This document shows, one piece after another, positions 34,946 to 43,591 of a DNA stretch of 64,000 bases (within the stretch, counting starts at the first letter, position 1; every line of letters starts with the position of its first letter). Below the pieces are notes generated by a model, which saw nothing but the letters and a program-made list of their open reading frames with translations, was not told the origin of the DNA and searched no databases. Origin of the DNA: a virus; the IMG/VR virus record IMGVR_UViG_3300031578_000001. One strand, written 5' to 3'. Made by a program: the position numbers and the translations under genes.

Positions 34946-35184
34946 GGTTGTTCCTTCGGCATCTTGTAGCCGGGAAGGTTGCCGCCTTCCTGCTCCACAA
35001 TGCGTATGTGGAGGTGGTTATCTTTCCGCTCGACGGTCATGTGGTAGTCCTTGTGCGGGTCCAGGTTCCTCACGATCTCCAAGGCATCCCCCAAGGTGTT
35101 CTGCATCGGCCTATGGGTGTCTTGGTTTACCGACTTGGCGCCGAGCACGATATTGCCGAGTTTCTTGCGCAGGTCCTCGTTCAT
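34942..35184 (-). CDS. 80-aa hypothetical protein
   Basis: ATGA-coupled to NADAR; SD GAGG. Confidence 0.6.
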   Translation of the reverse strand: MNEDLRKKLGNIVLGAKSVNQDTHRPMQNTLGDALEIVRNLDPHKDYHMTVERKDNHLHIRIVEQEGGNLPGYKMPKEQP

Positions 35185-35217
35185 GCGTCCTCTTCTCCAT
35201 TCGCCTCTGGTGGTTGT

Positions 35218-35400
35218 TCATGACTCCTCCTTGCATCCGCACTTGAAGGCGCCAGGAGGCATCGCCCCTTCCCAGTTCTTCTTGATACAGCGCTTCCGGC
35301 CGCAGTCCGGGCACTTGTAGATCAGGACCGTGTACCAGGGAGGCTGAAAGCCTCGCCGGCGTTCGGACCCGATACAGTCCTTGAAGTTGATGGTCGCCAT
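35218..35400 (-). CDS. 60-aa Zn-ribbon protein
   Basis: CPDC...CGC; SD GGAGGAG. Confidence 0.6.
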   Translation of the reverse strand: MATINFKDCIGSERRRGFQPPWYTVLIYKCPDCGRKRCIKKNWEGAMPPGAFKCGCKEES

Positions 35401-35412
35401 GGCTCCTCCTTG

Positions 35413-35751
35413 TCAGGCCGGGCTATCCAGATACGCCTGGACGCTCTCTTTCAGCGTCGGTGCGAGATGGTGGATCTTTCTATCCCATTCCACTCGCGAG
35501 AAGGTGTTGTTGTCCAGGGGCTGGCACATCCACCATCCGGCGTGCTTGGGGATCGTCGTCACTTTGAGGTACTCCTCGGACACTGTCTTCCACGCGCCGT
35601 CTATCTTCCGTTTGACATCCCGCAGGACGATCTTTGCGTCCGGGTAGCGGGCTCTGTGCATCCCGTGGTAGACCGAGATTCTCCGCAAGGGTATGCGCCG
35701 CACCGATAGGAAGTGTTCGGCGATCGTCTCCAGCAGTTCGCTGTCGGTCAT
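35413..35751 (-). CDS. 112-aa hypothetical protein
   Basis: Start reassigned to ATG 35751 (SD GGAGG). Confidence 0.65.
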   Translation of the reverse strand: MTDSELLETIAEHFLSVRRIPLRRISVYHGMHRARYPDAKIVLRDVKRKIDGAWKTVSEEYLKVTTIPKHAGWWMCQPLDNNTFSRVEWDRKIHHLAPTLKESVQAYLDSPA

Positions 35752-36035
35752 GTATTCCTCCCAATCTGGTAGCGGTCCTTCCTGGCCTGCCGCCCCGCTT
35801 CCCATTCGATGATCATTTTCGCGAGGAGGTCACCGTCACCGGCTGCTTTCACGTGGTAGACGGCGATCGTCGGTGAGTACCACACACGAGGATTCAGCTG
35901 GTCCGCCCATCCGTAGTGTCCTGGCCACTTGATCACGAGGGTCTCTCTGTTCTGTGCGAGAACGATCCCGAGACCTCCATGGTCTACGCCGTGCATCTTG
36001 GCCTTTCCATCGGCGATTGTGATTCGTCCGTCCAT
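35748..36035 (-). CDS. 95-aa hypothetical protein
   Basis: Start reassigned to ATG 36035 (SD GGAGG). Confidence 0.6.
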   Translation of the reverse strand: MDGRITIADGKAKMHGVDHGGLGIVLAQNRETLVIKWPGHYGWADQLNPRVWYSPTIAVYHVKAAGDGDLLAKMIIEWEAGRQARKDRYQIGRNT

Positions 36036-36072
36036 GGTGTATAGATCCTCCCTTGCACCCAACCGTTGGGTT

Positions 36073-36666
36073 CTACATGACGTCGACGCCGTACGCCTTC
36101 CAGATCTCCTCGGTTCCCTTCCTGGCCCTGTCGACGAGGGCGTTGATCTGCCGCATGGTGAGGCTGGTCACGTCCCACACGAACTCGATCTGCTTCTCCA
36201 TGCGACCGTGGTTTGATCCGTAGTTCCAGTGTTTCTCGCCGTCCCTCTTGTGCTTGTCGAGGTGCTTGTCCTCGCTCATGACCTCGATCCTGGCACAGAG
36301 GTCACGGCTCGCCTTGAAGATCTTCGTCCAGGCGGGTGAGTCGTCTGAGAAGGCGACGAACTCCGTGACCAGGATCGTGATGAAGCGGCGCTCCTTGGTG
36401 ACGGCGTAGACGCGGAAGCGGGAGTTGTTGATAGACTGCTTCTCCAGCACGGACTTCACCATGAACGCATCGATCCACGGGAAGGCGTCGTCCACCTGCT
36501 TCTCGATGGCCTCGAGGACGGCCTTGTCCATCTTCGCCCTGTCCTCCTTCTTGCTGCTCGTGATGACCTTGACCGGGATACCGATCGTGTTCAGGTTCAC
36601 GGAGCCTCCCACCAGGTTCTTGTTCAGGAAAATCTCGCCCAATGAGTTGATTGTGATGCTCTTCAT
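36073..36666 (-). CDS. 197-aa hypothetical protein
   Basis: SD GGAGG; strong codon bias. Confidence 0.75.
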   Translation of the reverse strand: MKSITINSLGEIFLNKNLVGGSVNLNTIGIPVKVITSSKKEDRAKMDKAVLEAIEKQVDDAFPWIDAFMVKSVLEKQSINNSRFRVYAVTKERRFITILVTEFVAFSDDSPAWTKIFKASRDLCARIEVMSEDKHLDKHKRDGEKHWNYGSNHGRMEKQIEFVWDVTSLTMRQINALVDRARKGTEEIWKAYGVDVM

Positions 36667-37028
36667 CCGTTCCTCCTCTCGAGTGATGCTCTCTGGTTAC
36701 GACGTCCCTTCAGGTACTCGAGATCCTCAGGGTTCTTTCCATAAAGGGCCTCGAGGGTTTCCTCGATGAGATGTGGTGCGATCCTCCCATCCTTGATCAG
36801 AAGATGGACTGCCTTGGCGCAAAGACGGGCGTCGTTTGGATGACCCGTCACCCGCACCCAGCGGCTGGGCTTTATCACGCTGGCATCGGGGAGGTCGATG
36901 TTGGTGTCGGTCAGGTGCTCGAGCGTGCGGATGTTCCTCCCTTCGCGTCCAATGAGACGTCCCACCATCTCGTCGAGATTCTCGCTTTCGATACGAACGT
37001 GCACGGTCTTGTCCGCCGGCGCTTCCAT
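36663..37028 (-). CDS. Stand-alone RNase Y-like KH domain protein
   Basis: DEMVGRLIGREGRNIRTLEHLT...ARLCAKAVHLLIKDGRIAPHLIEE closely follows the RNase Y KH region; no HD domain or membrane anchor. Confidence 0.8.
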   Translation of the reverse strand: MEAPADKTVHVRIESENLDEMVGRLIGREGRNIRTLEHLTDTNIDLPDASVIKPSRWVRVTGHPNDARLCAKAVHLLIKDGRIAPHLIEETLEALYGKNPEDLEYLKGRRNQRASLERRNG

Positions 37029-37058
37029 GGTTACCTCCGGAATTGGGTTTCGATGTCT

Positions 37059-37631
37059 CTACCACAGGACTGGTAGATCACGCGGATTCTGCCCGTACTC
37101 CACGGCGAGCTTGGCCAATTTCGCCGCCTGCTTGTAGATCTCTTTGCGGGGGTAGCGCAGGCGTCCTGCCCGATCGTCGATGTAGAACTCGGCCGGGTTG
37201 GTCATGGCCGATCTGGCGATCAGGCCGGCATTGGCACCTATCATCGTGTGAAGGATGATCTGCTCGACCATCAGTTTCTTGTCGTCGTCGGTCACGGGGC
37301 TTTCACGGGCCACCGTCTCTTTTGACACGTCCTTCTTCACCGTCTGATATCGGGCATCCGAGAAGACGGAGAACATGTCGGCGAGATCGTTCAGGCGCTC
37401 CCGGCAGTGTTCCATGATCTCCTGGAAGGTCTGGTCGTTGCCGTTGTTATCATCCTCGGTGTCCCAGATCTTGAAGTATCCGATGCTGATCTGAACGTAT
37501 CCCGAACCCGGAGATCGTGCCACCACGAACTCCATCGCTTCGCCGTGCGCCATCATGGCTTCGTAGAACTCTTCTTGCAGGGCGTCGGCTACCGCATTAG
37601 CCGCCGCGATCACTTCTTTGTCCACATACAT
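37059..37631 (-). CDS. 190-aa hypothetical protein
   Basis: SD GGAGGAG. Confidence 0.7.
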   Translation of the reverse strand: MYVDKEVIAAANAVADALQEEFYEAMMAHGEAMEFVVARSPGSGYVQISIGYFKIWDTEDDNNGNDQTFQEIMEHCRERLNDLADMFSVFSDARYQTVKKDVSKETVARESPVTDDDKKLMVEQIILHTMIGANAGLIARSAMTNPAEFYIDDRAGRLRYPRKEIYKQAAKLAKLAVEYGQNPRDLPVLW

Positions 37632-37656
37632 ATCTCCTCCTGAATAAAACTTGATG

Positions 37657-37685
37657 AGAAAAGAGAACCGGAGATCACTCTCCGG
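37657..37685 (-). terminator. Intrinsic terminator
   Basis: CCGGAGA-GTGA-TCTCCGG followed by TTCTCTTTT on the minus strand. Confidence 0.55.
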
Positions 37686-37730
37686 CCCTCCTGTTCCTCA
37701 CGGATGGACTACGACTTGGTCTCGAGGATC

Positions 37731-37988
37731 TTAGGCCTTCTTGGCCTCACACAGAATGCTCTCCTTCTCGTACTCCGGCCTGAGCAGGTCCGCCAGTTGG
37801 GAACCGATCTCCAGTTCCCAGACGGTGATATCCCTGCGCCAGTCGAAGTCCTCGGGGAGGTTGGCCTCGGGGAAGGCCTCCCTGTACGGAACGCGTTCCA
37901 GGAGGTGCTTGGCGTGGATGCACGCCATGCTCTCCCTTTGATCCCCGAGCTGCTCGCACAACTCATCCGTGAGTTCGTATCGAGGCAT
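37731..37988 (-). CDS. 85-aa hypothetical protein
   Basis: SD GGAGGAGG; GTCATAAGA motif upstream. Confidence 0.7.
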   Translation of the reverse strand: MPRYELTDELCEQLGDQRESMACIHAKHLLERVPYREAFPEANLPEDFDWRRDITVWELEIGSQLADLLRPEYEKESILCEAKKA

Positions 37989-38024
37989 TTATCCTCCTCC
38001 AAAAATGCACTCGTTATCCAGTTA

Positions 38025-38033
38025 TCTTATGAC
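38025..38033 (-). promoter_or_regulatory. Class B motif GTCATAAGA
   Basis: Exact 9-mer 37 nt upstream of the 37988 start. Confidence 0.65.
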
Positions 38034-38068
38034 GTAAAAGAAAGGCGTTCTTGCGAACGCCCTCTGTC

Positions 38069-38392
38069 TCACCACCTTCCCTGCCTGGCCATCTGCATGA
38101 TTTGCAGCCACCGGAGCACCCGCTCCGATACGTCCGCATATCTGGCGACGGCCTTAGCGCCAGGGAAGTGGATGCGGTAGATGTCCCCCTTGAGTTCGGG
38201 GGCCGGTTGGGCCGTCAGGACACACCCTGACGGCAACTCGGTGATCCGGCAGTTCCTCGAGGCGAGACCGGGGTCTGGTGGACTTACGCAGTCCATCGTG
38301 CAGATGGTGCGTACCTCCTCCAGACTTATGGCGACCTGGTGCAGGCCGCGTTCGGCCATTTCCCTCGAGATTTCCTTGGCGAGATCATCCAT
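38069..38392 (-). CDS. 107-aa hypothetical protein
   Basis: Start reassigned to ATG 38392 (SD AAGGAG); class B motif upstream. Confidence 0.65.
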   Translation of the reverse strand: MDDLAKEISREMAERGLHQVAISLEEVRTICTMDCVSPPDPGLASRNCRITELPSGCVLTAQPAPELKGDIYRIHFPGAKAVARYADVSERVLRWLQIMQMARQGRW

Positions 38393-38430
38393 GCCTACTC
38401 CTTCACAAAATAGGACATCGTCTTCAATCA

Positions 38431-38491
38431 TCTTATGACATAAATTTTGTTTGTTTGCATGCTTGCATTCTTGCAATAGTGGTCATATGAT
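38431..38491. promoter_or_regulatory. Divergent control region: GTCATAAGA (-, 38431-38439), candidate operator (38459-38476), TTGCAT-N17-TATGAT (+)
   Basis: AT-rich intergenic region at the strand switch; motifs read directly. Confidence 0.55.
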
Positions 38492-38523
38492 CTCAGGCAG
38501 GAGCAGGGGGAAAGGCATCTCTG

Positions 38524-39186
38524 ATGTCGAACTGGAAAGAGAGCACGATGAAGCACCAAGCCAGGGTTGCCTTCCTCCTTGGTGTATTCTCCAGGGAACT
38601 CGCCAAGAGGGCCGTATCTCATGATGCGAGCAAGCTCGGGCCTGAAGAGGCACCGCGCTTCGAGGAGATCACCCACAAGCTTGAGGGCCTCACCTACGGG
38701 TCTCCAGAGTACCAGGAGAGCCTGAAGGAACTCGGCCCGGCACTCGAGCACCACTACACCCACAACAGGCATCATCCCGAGCACCACGAGAGGGGTATCG
38801 GGGAGATGAACCTGGTTGACATTATCGAGATGATCTGCGACTGGATCGCCGCGGCCGAGAGACACACTGACGGATGCCCATTCAAGAGTCTGACTAAGAA
38901 CGAGGATAGATTCCATCTATCCTTCGAGATGACGGTCATCTTTAGGCGTACCATCGCCGCCGTTCTGTCCGTCAATGCGGATGGAGGCGTCCCCCATAAC
39001 GAGATCATTATTAACCCCGACGGCTTCCTGGAATTCTGGAAGGGTTGGGGAGTCGAATGTGAGAAGAGAGAAGAAGGAGGAAATGATGCGCGAGGAACAA
39101 GCAGTGATGGAGCGAGTGGAAAGTCCAGCCGAACAGATTCTCATGAGGATCCAGAAACTCATGGGGGCGGCTCGGAGCGTGTGTGA
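38524..39186 (+). CDS. HD-superfamily-like (DUF5662-type) protein
   Basis: HDASKL...EHHYTHNRHHPEH...MNLVDIIEMICDWIAAAER. Confidence 0.7.
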   Translation: MSNWKESTMKHQARVAFLLGVFSRELAKRAVSHDASKLGPEEAPRFEEITHKLEGLTYGSPEYQESLKELGPALEHHYTHNRHHPEHHERGIGEMNLVDIIEMICDWIAAAERHTDGCPFKSLTKNEDRFHLSFEMTVIFRRTIAAVLSVNADGGVPHNEIIINPDGFLEFWKGWGVECEKREEGGNDARGTSSDGASGKSSRTDSHEDPETHGGGSERV

Positions 39187-39418
39187 TGGGATCGACGGAA
39201 CGGAGAGACTTCTGGTGGGGAATACTCCCAAAGACACGGATGTCGATAAGGAAGGGTCGCTGAATTCAGATCCTGTCGGCTTTCTCGCAATTCTCGACTA
39301 CCGTATCAGTATTCTGGAGACAAGGCTATCCAGGGCGCTGAAGACCCTGAGTGTTGTCAACGAACTTCTGCGAGTCCCAGAGGCGAAGACCTCCCCCAGC
39401 GTACGGAGCGACTCCTAA
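39083..39418 (+). CDS. 111-aa coiled-coil protein
   Basis: SD AAGGAGG before ATG 39083; overlaps the low-complexity tail of the upstream ORF. Confidence 0.6.
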   Translation: MMREEQAVMERVESPAEQILMRIQKLMGAARSVCDGIDGTERLLVGNTPKDTDVDKEGSLNSDPVGFLAILDYRISILETRLSRALKTLSVVNELLRVPEAKTSPSVRSDS

Positions 39419-39425
39419 CTATTAG

Positions 39426-39866
39426 ATGAGACCGATGGTCAAGTATCAGAACATTCAAGAGTTCTGCGAATGTCAGTTGGTCTCCGTCTGGAATGCCTGT
39501 CGGTTCTGGGGCATTGACGAGCAGAAGATCCCTCACCAGTTCACCAAGAAATACAAGGCTGCATGCGACAGTGCCAACGCGGTTCATGGGGGCGTGATCG
39601 GGATAGACAAGCAGCTCAAGAAGTATGGCGTTAAGATGGTGGGAGGCGAACTCACCTTGAAGTGGGTGAGGGAACATTTGCCCGTGGAACTTTCGGTATT
39701 CTGTCACCGCGGATACCACAGCGTACTGGTCGTGAAGGTAGACCGTTGCGATATGATCCTGACGAACTACGCTTGGGGACGCCTCTACAGAATGAGATGG
39801 TCCCATCTGGCCAAGATCGCGGACAAGAGAATAAAGCCTCGTCAGTACATCATGAGGAAGAAATGA
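39426..39866 (+). CDS. Papain-like (C39-like) cysteine peptidase, putative
   Basis: YQNIQEFCECQLVSVWNA (Q..C nucleophile helix) and LPVELSVFCHRGYHSVLVVKVD..ILTNY (His strand). Confidence 0.5.
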   Translation: MRPMVKYQNIQEFCECQLVSVWNACRFWGIDEQKIPHQFTKKYKAACDSANAVHGGVIGIDKQLKKYGVKMVGGELTLKWVREHLPVELSVFCHRGYHSVLVVKVDRCDMILTNYAWGRLYRMRWSHLAKIADKRIKPRQYIMRKK

Positions 39867-39997
39867 TCGACTGCGCATTCTGTGGAGCCCAGATTCCGAA
39901 AGAAAATGTGACCACGTGCCTGCTCGATGGGTGGGATGTCACATGCCATGAATGCGGAACCGTTATGGAAGTTGTTCTCGAGATCAAGGAGGCGTGA
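39863..39997 (+). CDS. 44-aa Zn-ribbon protein
   Basis: CAFC...CHEC; ATGA coupling. Confidence 0.55.
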   Translation: MIDCAFCGAQIPKENVTTCLLDGWDVTCHECGTVMEVVLEIKEA

Positions 39998-40677
39998 TGA
40001 ATGATCTGCCGAAAACCTGCAAGGTCTGCAACTACCGCCCGGCGTACGCTGGTGACACCTGCTACGTGTGCAAGAAGACGCCCCCTGTCATCGGCACCAT
40101 CAAGAACTGTGCCCGGTGCCAGAAGGACCATATCGAGTTGTGTTTCTTTCCCCTCGCCGGTGAGCCCGTCGAAGGCATCGAAGGGAACTACACCCACTGG
40201 GCCATGTGCCCGAACAAGCAGCAACCTATCCTGCTCATGAGGGGCGTGATCGTTCCCACGATCAACACAGGGCCTCTCGAAACCGCCCTGAGGAATGTGA
40301 CCCAGGCCGTGGCCGCTAAGGGGCTCGCTCCGGCCGAGATCAAGGCCGTGAAGGACATGCTACTCAAGGCCTTCAAGGTCGTCTTCAAGGATACGGCGCT
40401 CATCGTGCCGCGGAGTCCCAGGATTCGTGTCGGTCTCGAAGGCACCAACCTCGAGTTCGTCTTCGACGTTCCGGTGAGTGGTCTCCTTACTGCGGAGGAG
40501 GCTCGAGGCATGGCCGTCATCGAGATGATGAGGCACGGGACGAAGAACGCCATGCGGCGGGCTGAGAACATGCCCGGTCCTGACGCCTGGGTCGAGAACC
40601 CGGAAGTGGAGGTGGACTTTGTTCCTGCGCCGTATCACCTGCCTGATTCGGGACCACGTCCCGGTGAAGGTGACTGA
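39997..40677 (+). CDS. 226-aa protein with N-terminal Zn-finger-like Cys pairs
   Basis: Start reassigned to ATG 39997 (SD AAGGAGG); CKVC, CYVC, CARC. Confidence 0.7.
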   Translation: MNDLPKTCKVCNYRPAYAGDTCYVCKKTPPVIGTIKNCARCQKDHIELCFFPLAGEPVEGIEGNYTHWAMCPNKQQPILLMRGVIVPTINTGPLETALRNVTQAVAAKGLAPAEIKAVKDMLLKAFKVVFKDTALIVPRSPRIRVGLEGTNLEFVFDVPVSGLLTAEEARGMAVIEMMRHGTKNAMRRAENMPGPDAWVENPEVEVDFVPAPYHLPDSGPRPGEGD

Positions 40678-40772
40678 GACATGGAAGACCTATAAAGGTG
40701 GCGTATCCAGGGTGAAGTGGCGCAAGCGTAGACGATCCTGGATTGAGTGTGGCAGATGTGGGAGGAAGATGG

Positions 40773-41786
40773 ATGTCAGAGAACAAGATTCGGATCAACA
40801 ACAACCCAGAGCTCGAGTGGGACCTGGATGACAAGTGGATGGATCACCTGATCTCCTTCCTCAACGAGCGTGGAAAGGCTGCATCATTCGGAGCGGCAGC
40901 GCAGGAGAAACTGAAGGAGAGGTTCCGGCCGTGCGAGTGCAACGCTATCCCTCACAGCAAGGAGTGTCCGAAGTCAGCGCATGGTGAAGACGAGTCCGCG
41001 ATCAGGTTCGACAACGGATCCACGATCAAGGCCGTGGCCGCCGACGGTGCCGAGCCCGTGGAGGGCGTCTCTCTCGATCTTCTCGACGAAATCGATGACC
41101 GCTCCAACGACCGGTTCGAGGCCATGGACGAGGGCGATGTCCAGCGCATCGTCACCGTGGCTGTGCGTGAGGCTGATCGCAGTTTCCAGGCCTCCGGTGG
41201 ATCATCGAGACATTGGGTCAGGGACTGGTTCCTGCCCTACTTGCGCCAGAAGAACCTGGAGGTCGTGCGTGTGGTCGAGACAGTCGTACCTGTCGAGCAT
41301 ACGCCGTCGACCAATTATCTGGATCAGATCAACGCTGTGAAGAGGGGCGTGGTCGGGGACTTGTCCGCGCTCGATTTTCTCAAGGAAGAGCCTGCTCCCA
41401 CGATGCCCAACGTCGCTGGGGCAGCGGCAGAGTTCATCCGAACGAAGATGGGAGAGCCTGCTCCCTCTTTCAATGACGTCACGATCACTGTCGGCATGAG
41501 AGGCGGTGGATCGTTCACACTCATGGCCGACAACATCAAGTTCGAGACCACCAGGGAAGTCACCAAGCAATACGATGACCCTGGATCAAAAAAGTTCAAA
41601 TTGACGCCCAGTCGTCGAATCAAAACGAGAATTTCCGTCACCGAGGCGAAGATCTACGGCTCCCCCTGGCTGGATAAGGTCTCCAAGGATTGGAAGCACA
41701 TCCAGATCGTCAAGGATGGCATGGATGCCCATCAAGAGTCCCTGGCGAGAAGGAAGCAGGGGGATGAGAAAGGACCTCGGGAATGA
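40773..41786 (+). CDS. 337-aa patchwork hypothetical protein with a terminase-like segment
   Basis: SD GGAGG; contains IRFDNGSTIKAVA...GVSLDLLDEID. Confidence 0.7.
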   Translation: MSENKIRINNNPELEWDLDDKWMDHLISFLNERGKAASFGAAAQEKLKERFRPCECNAIPHSKECPKSAHGEDESAIRFDNGSTIKAVAADGAEPVEGVSLDLLDEIDDRSNDRFEAMDEGDVQRIVTVAVREADRSFQASGGSSRHWVRDWFLPYLRQKNLEVVRVVETVVPVEHTPSTNYLDQINAVKRGVVGDLSALDFLKEEPAPTMPNVAGAAAEFIRTKMGEPAPSFNDVTITVGMRGGGSFTLMADNIKFETTREVTKQYDDPGSKKFKLTPSRRIKTRISVTEAKIYGSPWLDKVSKDWKHIQIVKDGMDAHQESLARRKQGDEKGPRE

Positions 41787-41875
41787 TCCCTGTTCTCCTG
41801 GCGCTGGTTATTGGTTTCATAGTCGGGTGGGTGGCCCGGAGCTTCCTGGTCAGCAAGCCTACCCCGTGGAGTTGA
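41783..41875 (+). CDS. 30-aa single-TM peptide
   Basis: MIPVLLALVIGFIVGWVARSFLVSKPTPWS; ATGA coupling. Confidence 0.45.
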   Translation: MIPVLLALVIGFIVGWVARSFLVSKPTPWS

Positions 41876-41919
41876 AAGAGGTACTGTCGAAGAGAGGACC
41901 GTTCAGAGGAGACTGATCA

Positions 41920-42501
41920 ATGATGGATGAGATGGAACACGAGAAGATCTGGAAAACGACTGAAGAGGCCGGTGAGATGAAATCCATGTTGGCAAAGACC
42001 GGTGGGACGCTCAAGCAGATGGTCGGCAAACAGATCGCCGGATGGAAGATCCTCTTCATGGAACAGCGAGGTCGAGACTTCAAGGTCATCTTTCAGCACA
42101 TCACGAGCAACGAGGTGAAGATCGTACATGAGCATGCCTTCGTATGGAAGGAGCAGGGCATTCCTGTTCTCCTGGCCAAAGCAGAGACTCATCCGGCTGC
42201 CGAACTGGGTCACTTCTGTGCAAAACACGGAGAGTTCTTCCACGGGGATTTCTGCGAGTTCTGCGTAGGCTTTCACGCAACTCTTCCCAAAGCCCGGTGC
42301 AGGATCTGCGGCGTCAAGCCGGTGGTTCAGGGGAACACCTGCGTCGACTGCTTCAAGGTCTTCATCGGCATGGAGGAGCCTCCGCCAGACCTCAAGGTCG
42401 AAGTCAAAGGAAAATACACGTACTACACCAGAGGTGGATATACCTACATCGAACCATTGGAGACGGGTCCCACCGCCTCCGTCATCACTCCTTCCAACTG
42501 A
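41920..42501 (+). CDS. 193-aa protein with Cys/His Zn-finger-like C-terminal half
   Basis: CAKH..CEFC, CRIC..CVDC; SD AGGAG. Confidence 0.7.
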   Translation: MMDEMEHEKIWKTTEEAGEMKSMLAKTGGTLKQMVGKQIAGWKILFMEQRGRDFKVIFQHITSNEVKIVHEHAFVWKEQGIPVLLAKAETHPAAELGHFCAKHGEFFHGDFCEFCVGFHATLPKARCRICGVKPVVQGNTCVDCFKVFIGMEEPPPDLKVEVKGKYTYYTRGGYTYIEPLETGPTASVITPSN

Positions 42502-42502
42502 A

Positions 42503-42530
42503 TTGGCTTTATCTAATGTCGGTGTATACT
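42503..42530 (+). promoter_or_regulatory. Class A promoter TTGGCT-N16-TATACT
   Basis: 31 nt before ATG 42562; marks the start of the tagged-gene cluster. Confidence 0.6.
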
Positions 42531-42561
42531 ATTGAGAGCAACCCAGATCTGGAGGAAGTAG

Positions 42562-42996
42562 ATGTTTGAGCGCAGTGATACCGTGATCGCCGCCTCTTTC
42601 TTGGACGAACTGGAGTCCTTGGAGAAGGAATCCGGTCTCAGACATCTGGGAATGAAAGCCGGTCTTGCTGCGAGCATGCTCCTTCCTGGTGCCTGCAAGA
42701 AGTCTCCTTTCCTTCCGACCGTGGAGTTGAGCCAGAAGGAGGCTCCTGCGGCTCCTGCGGCTTCTGCGAAGGGTCGTATCGTGGAGGGCCATATCGCGAA
42801 GGGCGATCAGATCGTGGCAGGTAAACCTAAGATCGGTGTTGGCAAGATCACCAAAGAGCAGAGAGAGAAAGAACAGTCGGACAAACTGCGTTCATGGTTT
42901 TCGGGGAAGCACGGTCGTGAGGGGCTCAAGGAGCATCTCAAGCCGGAGAGCGACAAGCTCTTAAAGAAGTCGGTGCGTCTCTCGGGGTCGTATTAA
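42562..42996 (+). CDS. 144-aa tagged protein (degenerate tag ASFLDELESL)
   Basis: SD GGAGG; hydrophobic LGMKAGLAASMLLPG; Lys-rich. Confidence 0.75.
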   Translation: MFERSDTVIAASFLDELESLEKESGLRHLGMKAGLAASMLLPGACKKSPFLPTVELSQKEAPAAPAASAKGRIVEGHIAKGDQIVAGKPKIGVGKITKEQREKEQSDKLRSWFSGKHGREGLKEHLKPESDKLLKKSVRLSGSY

Positions 42997-42999
42997 GAC

Positions 43000-43338
43000 A
43001 TGGCTGCGATCGTTCCTTTCATCGATGAGCTCGAGAAGATCGCCCAGATGAATGGTAGGAAGGGCCGGAGTGGCGAGAGAGTGATTCGCAGGGTTGTGAG
43101 GATGCTCGCCGGAGAGCGACAGAAGGATAAGTCCGAGCGGCTGATCCAGCTCATCGCCCTTCTCAGCGCCGTGGTTGGCGCCAGGCTGGCCGGAGGTTCT
43201 AAGATGGATACAACTCTCATCAAGAAGCTTCTCAGAACGACAGCAGGCGGTACCGGGGGTGCGATACTCGGGAGTCACGCAGGTGTTCGGATCGAGGATC
43301 TTCTTCGCAAGCGTAAGAATAGGAGGAAATTGAAATGA
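43000..43338 (+). CDS. 112-aa basic tagged protein with hydrophobic/Gly-zipper segments
   Basis: MAAIVPFIDELEKIA; LIQLIALLSAVVGA; AGGTGGAILG. Confidence 0.75.
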   Translation: MAAIVPFIDELEKIAQMNGRKGRSGERVIRRVVRMLAGERQKDKSERLIQLIALLSAVVGARLAGGSKMDTTLIKKLLRTTAGGTGGAILGSHAGVRIEDLLRKRKNRRKLK

Positions 43339-43565
43339 TCGACAGGATCACGGATGCGTTCATCAACGAGGTGGAGAAGATCGCCCAGGGCAAAAAGTGG
43401 ATCCAGGGAGCAATCAAGCATCCGGGAGCGCTCTCCAAGAAGCTCGGTGTCCCGGAGAAGGAGAATATCCCCGCCTCGAAGCTCGATGTGAAACCTGGTG
43501 ATTCTCCTACCACCGTGCACCAGAAGAACCTGGCCAAGACCCTCAAGAAGATCTCGAAGAGGTAG
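43335..43565 (+). CDS. 76-aa tagged basic protein
   Basis: MIDRITDAFINEVEKIA followed by KKWIQGAIKHPGAL module. Confidence 0.8.
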   Translation: MIDRITDAFINEVEKIAQGKKWIQGAIKHPGALSKKLGVPEKENIPASKLDVKPGDSPTTVHQKNLAKTLKKISKR

Positions 43566-43591
43566 TCTGCCACTTCGACGGAGGATGGGGG

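Noticed and set aside
36690-37715. GTCGTAACC (near 36695) and GTCGTAGTC (near 37708) as class B promoters
   Set aside because: Three mismatches each from GTCATAAGA; the first is inside coding sequence.
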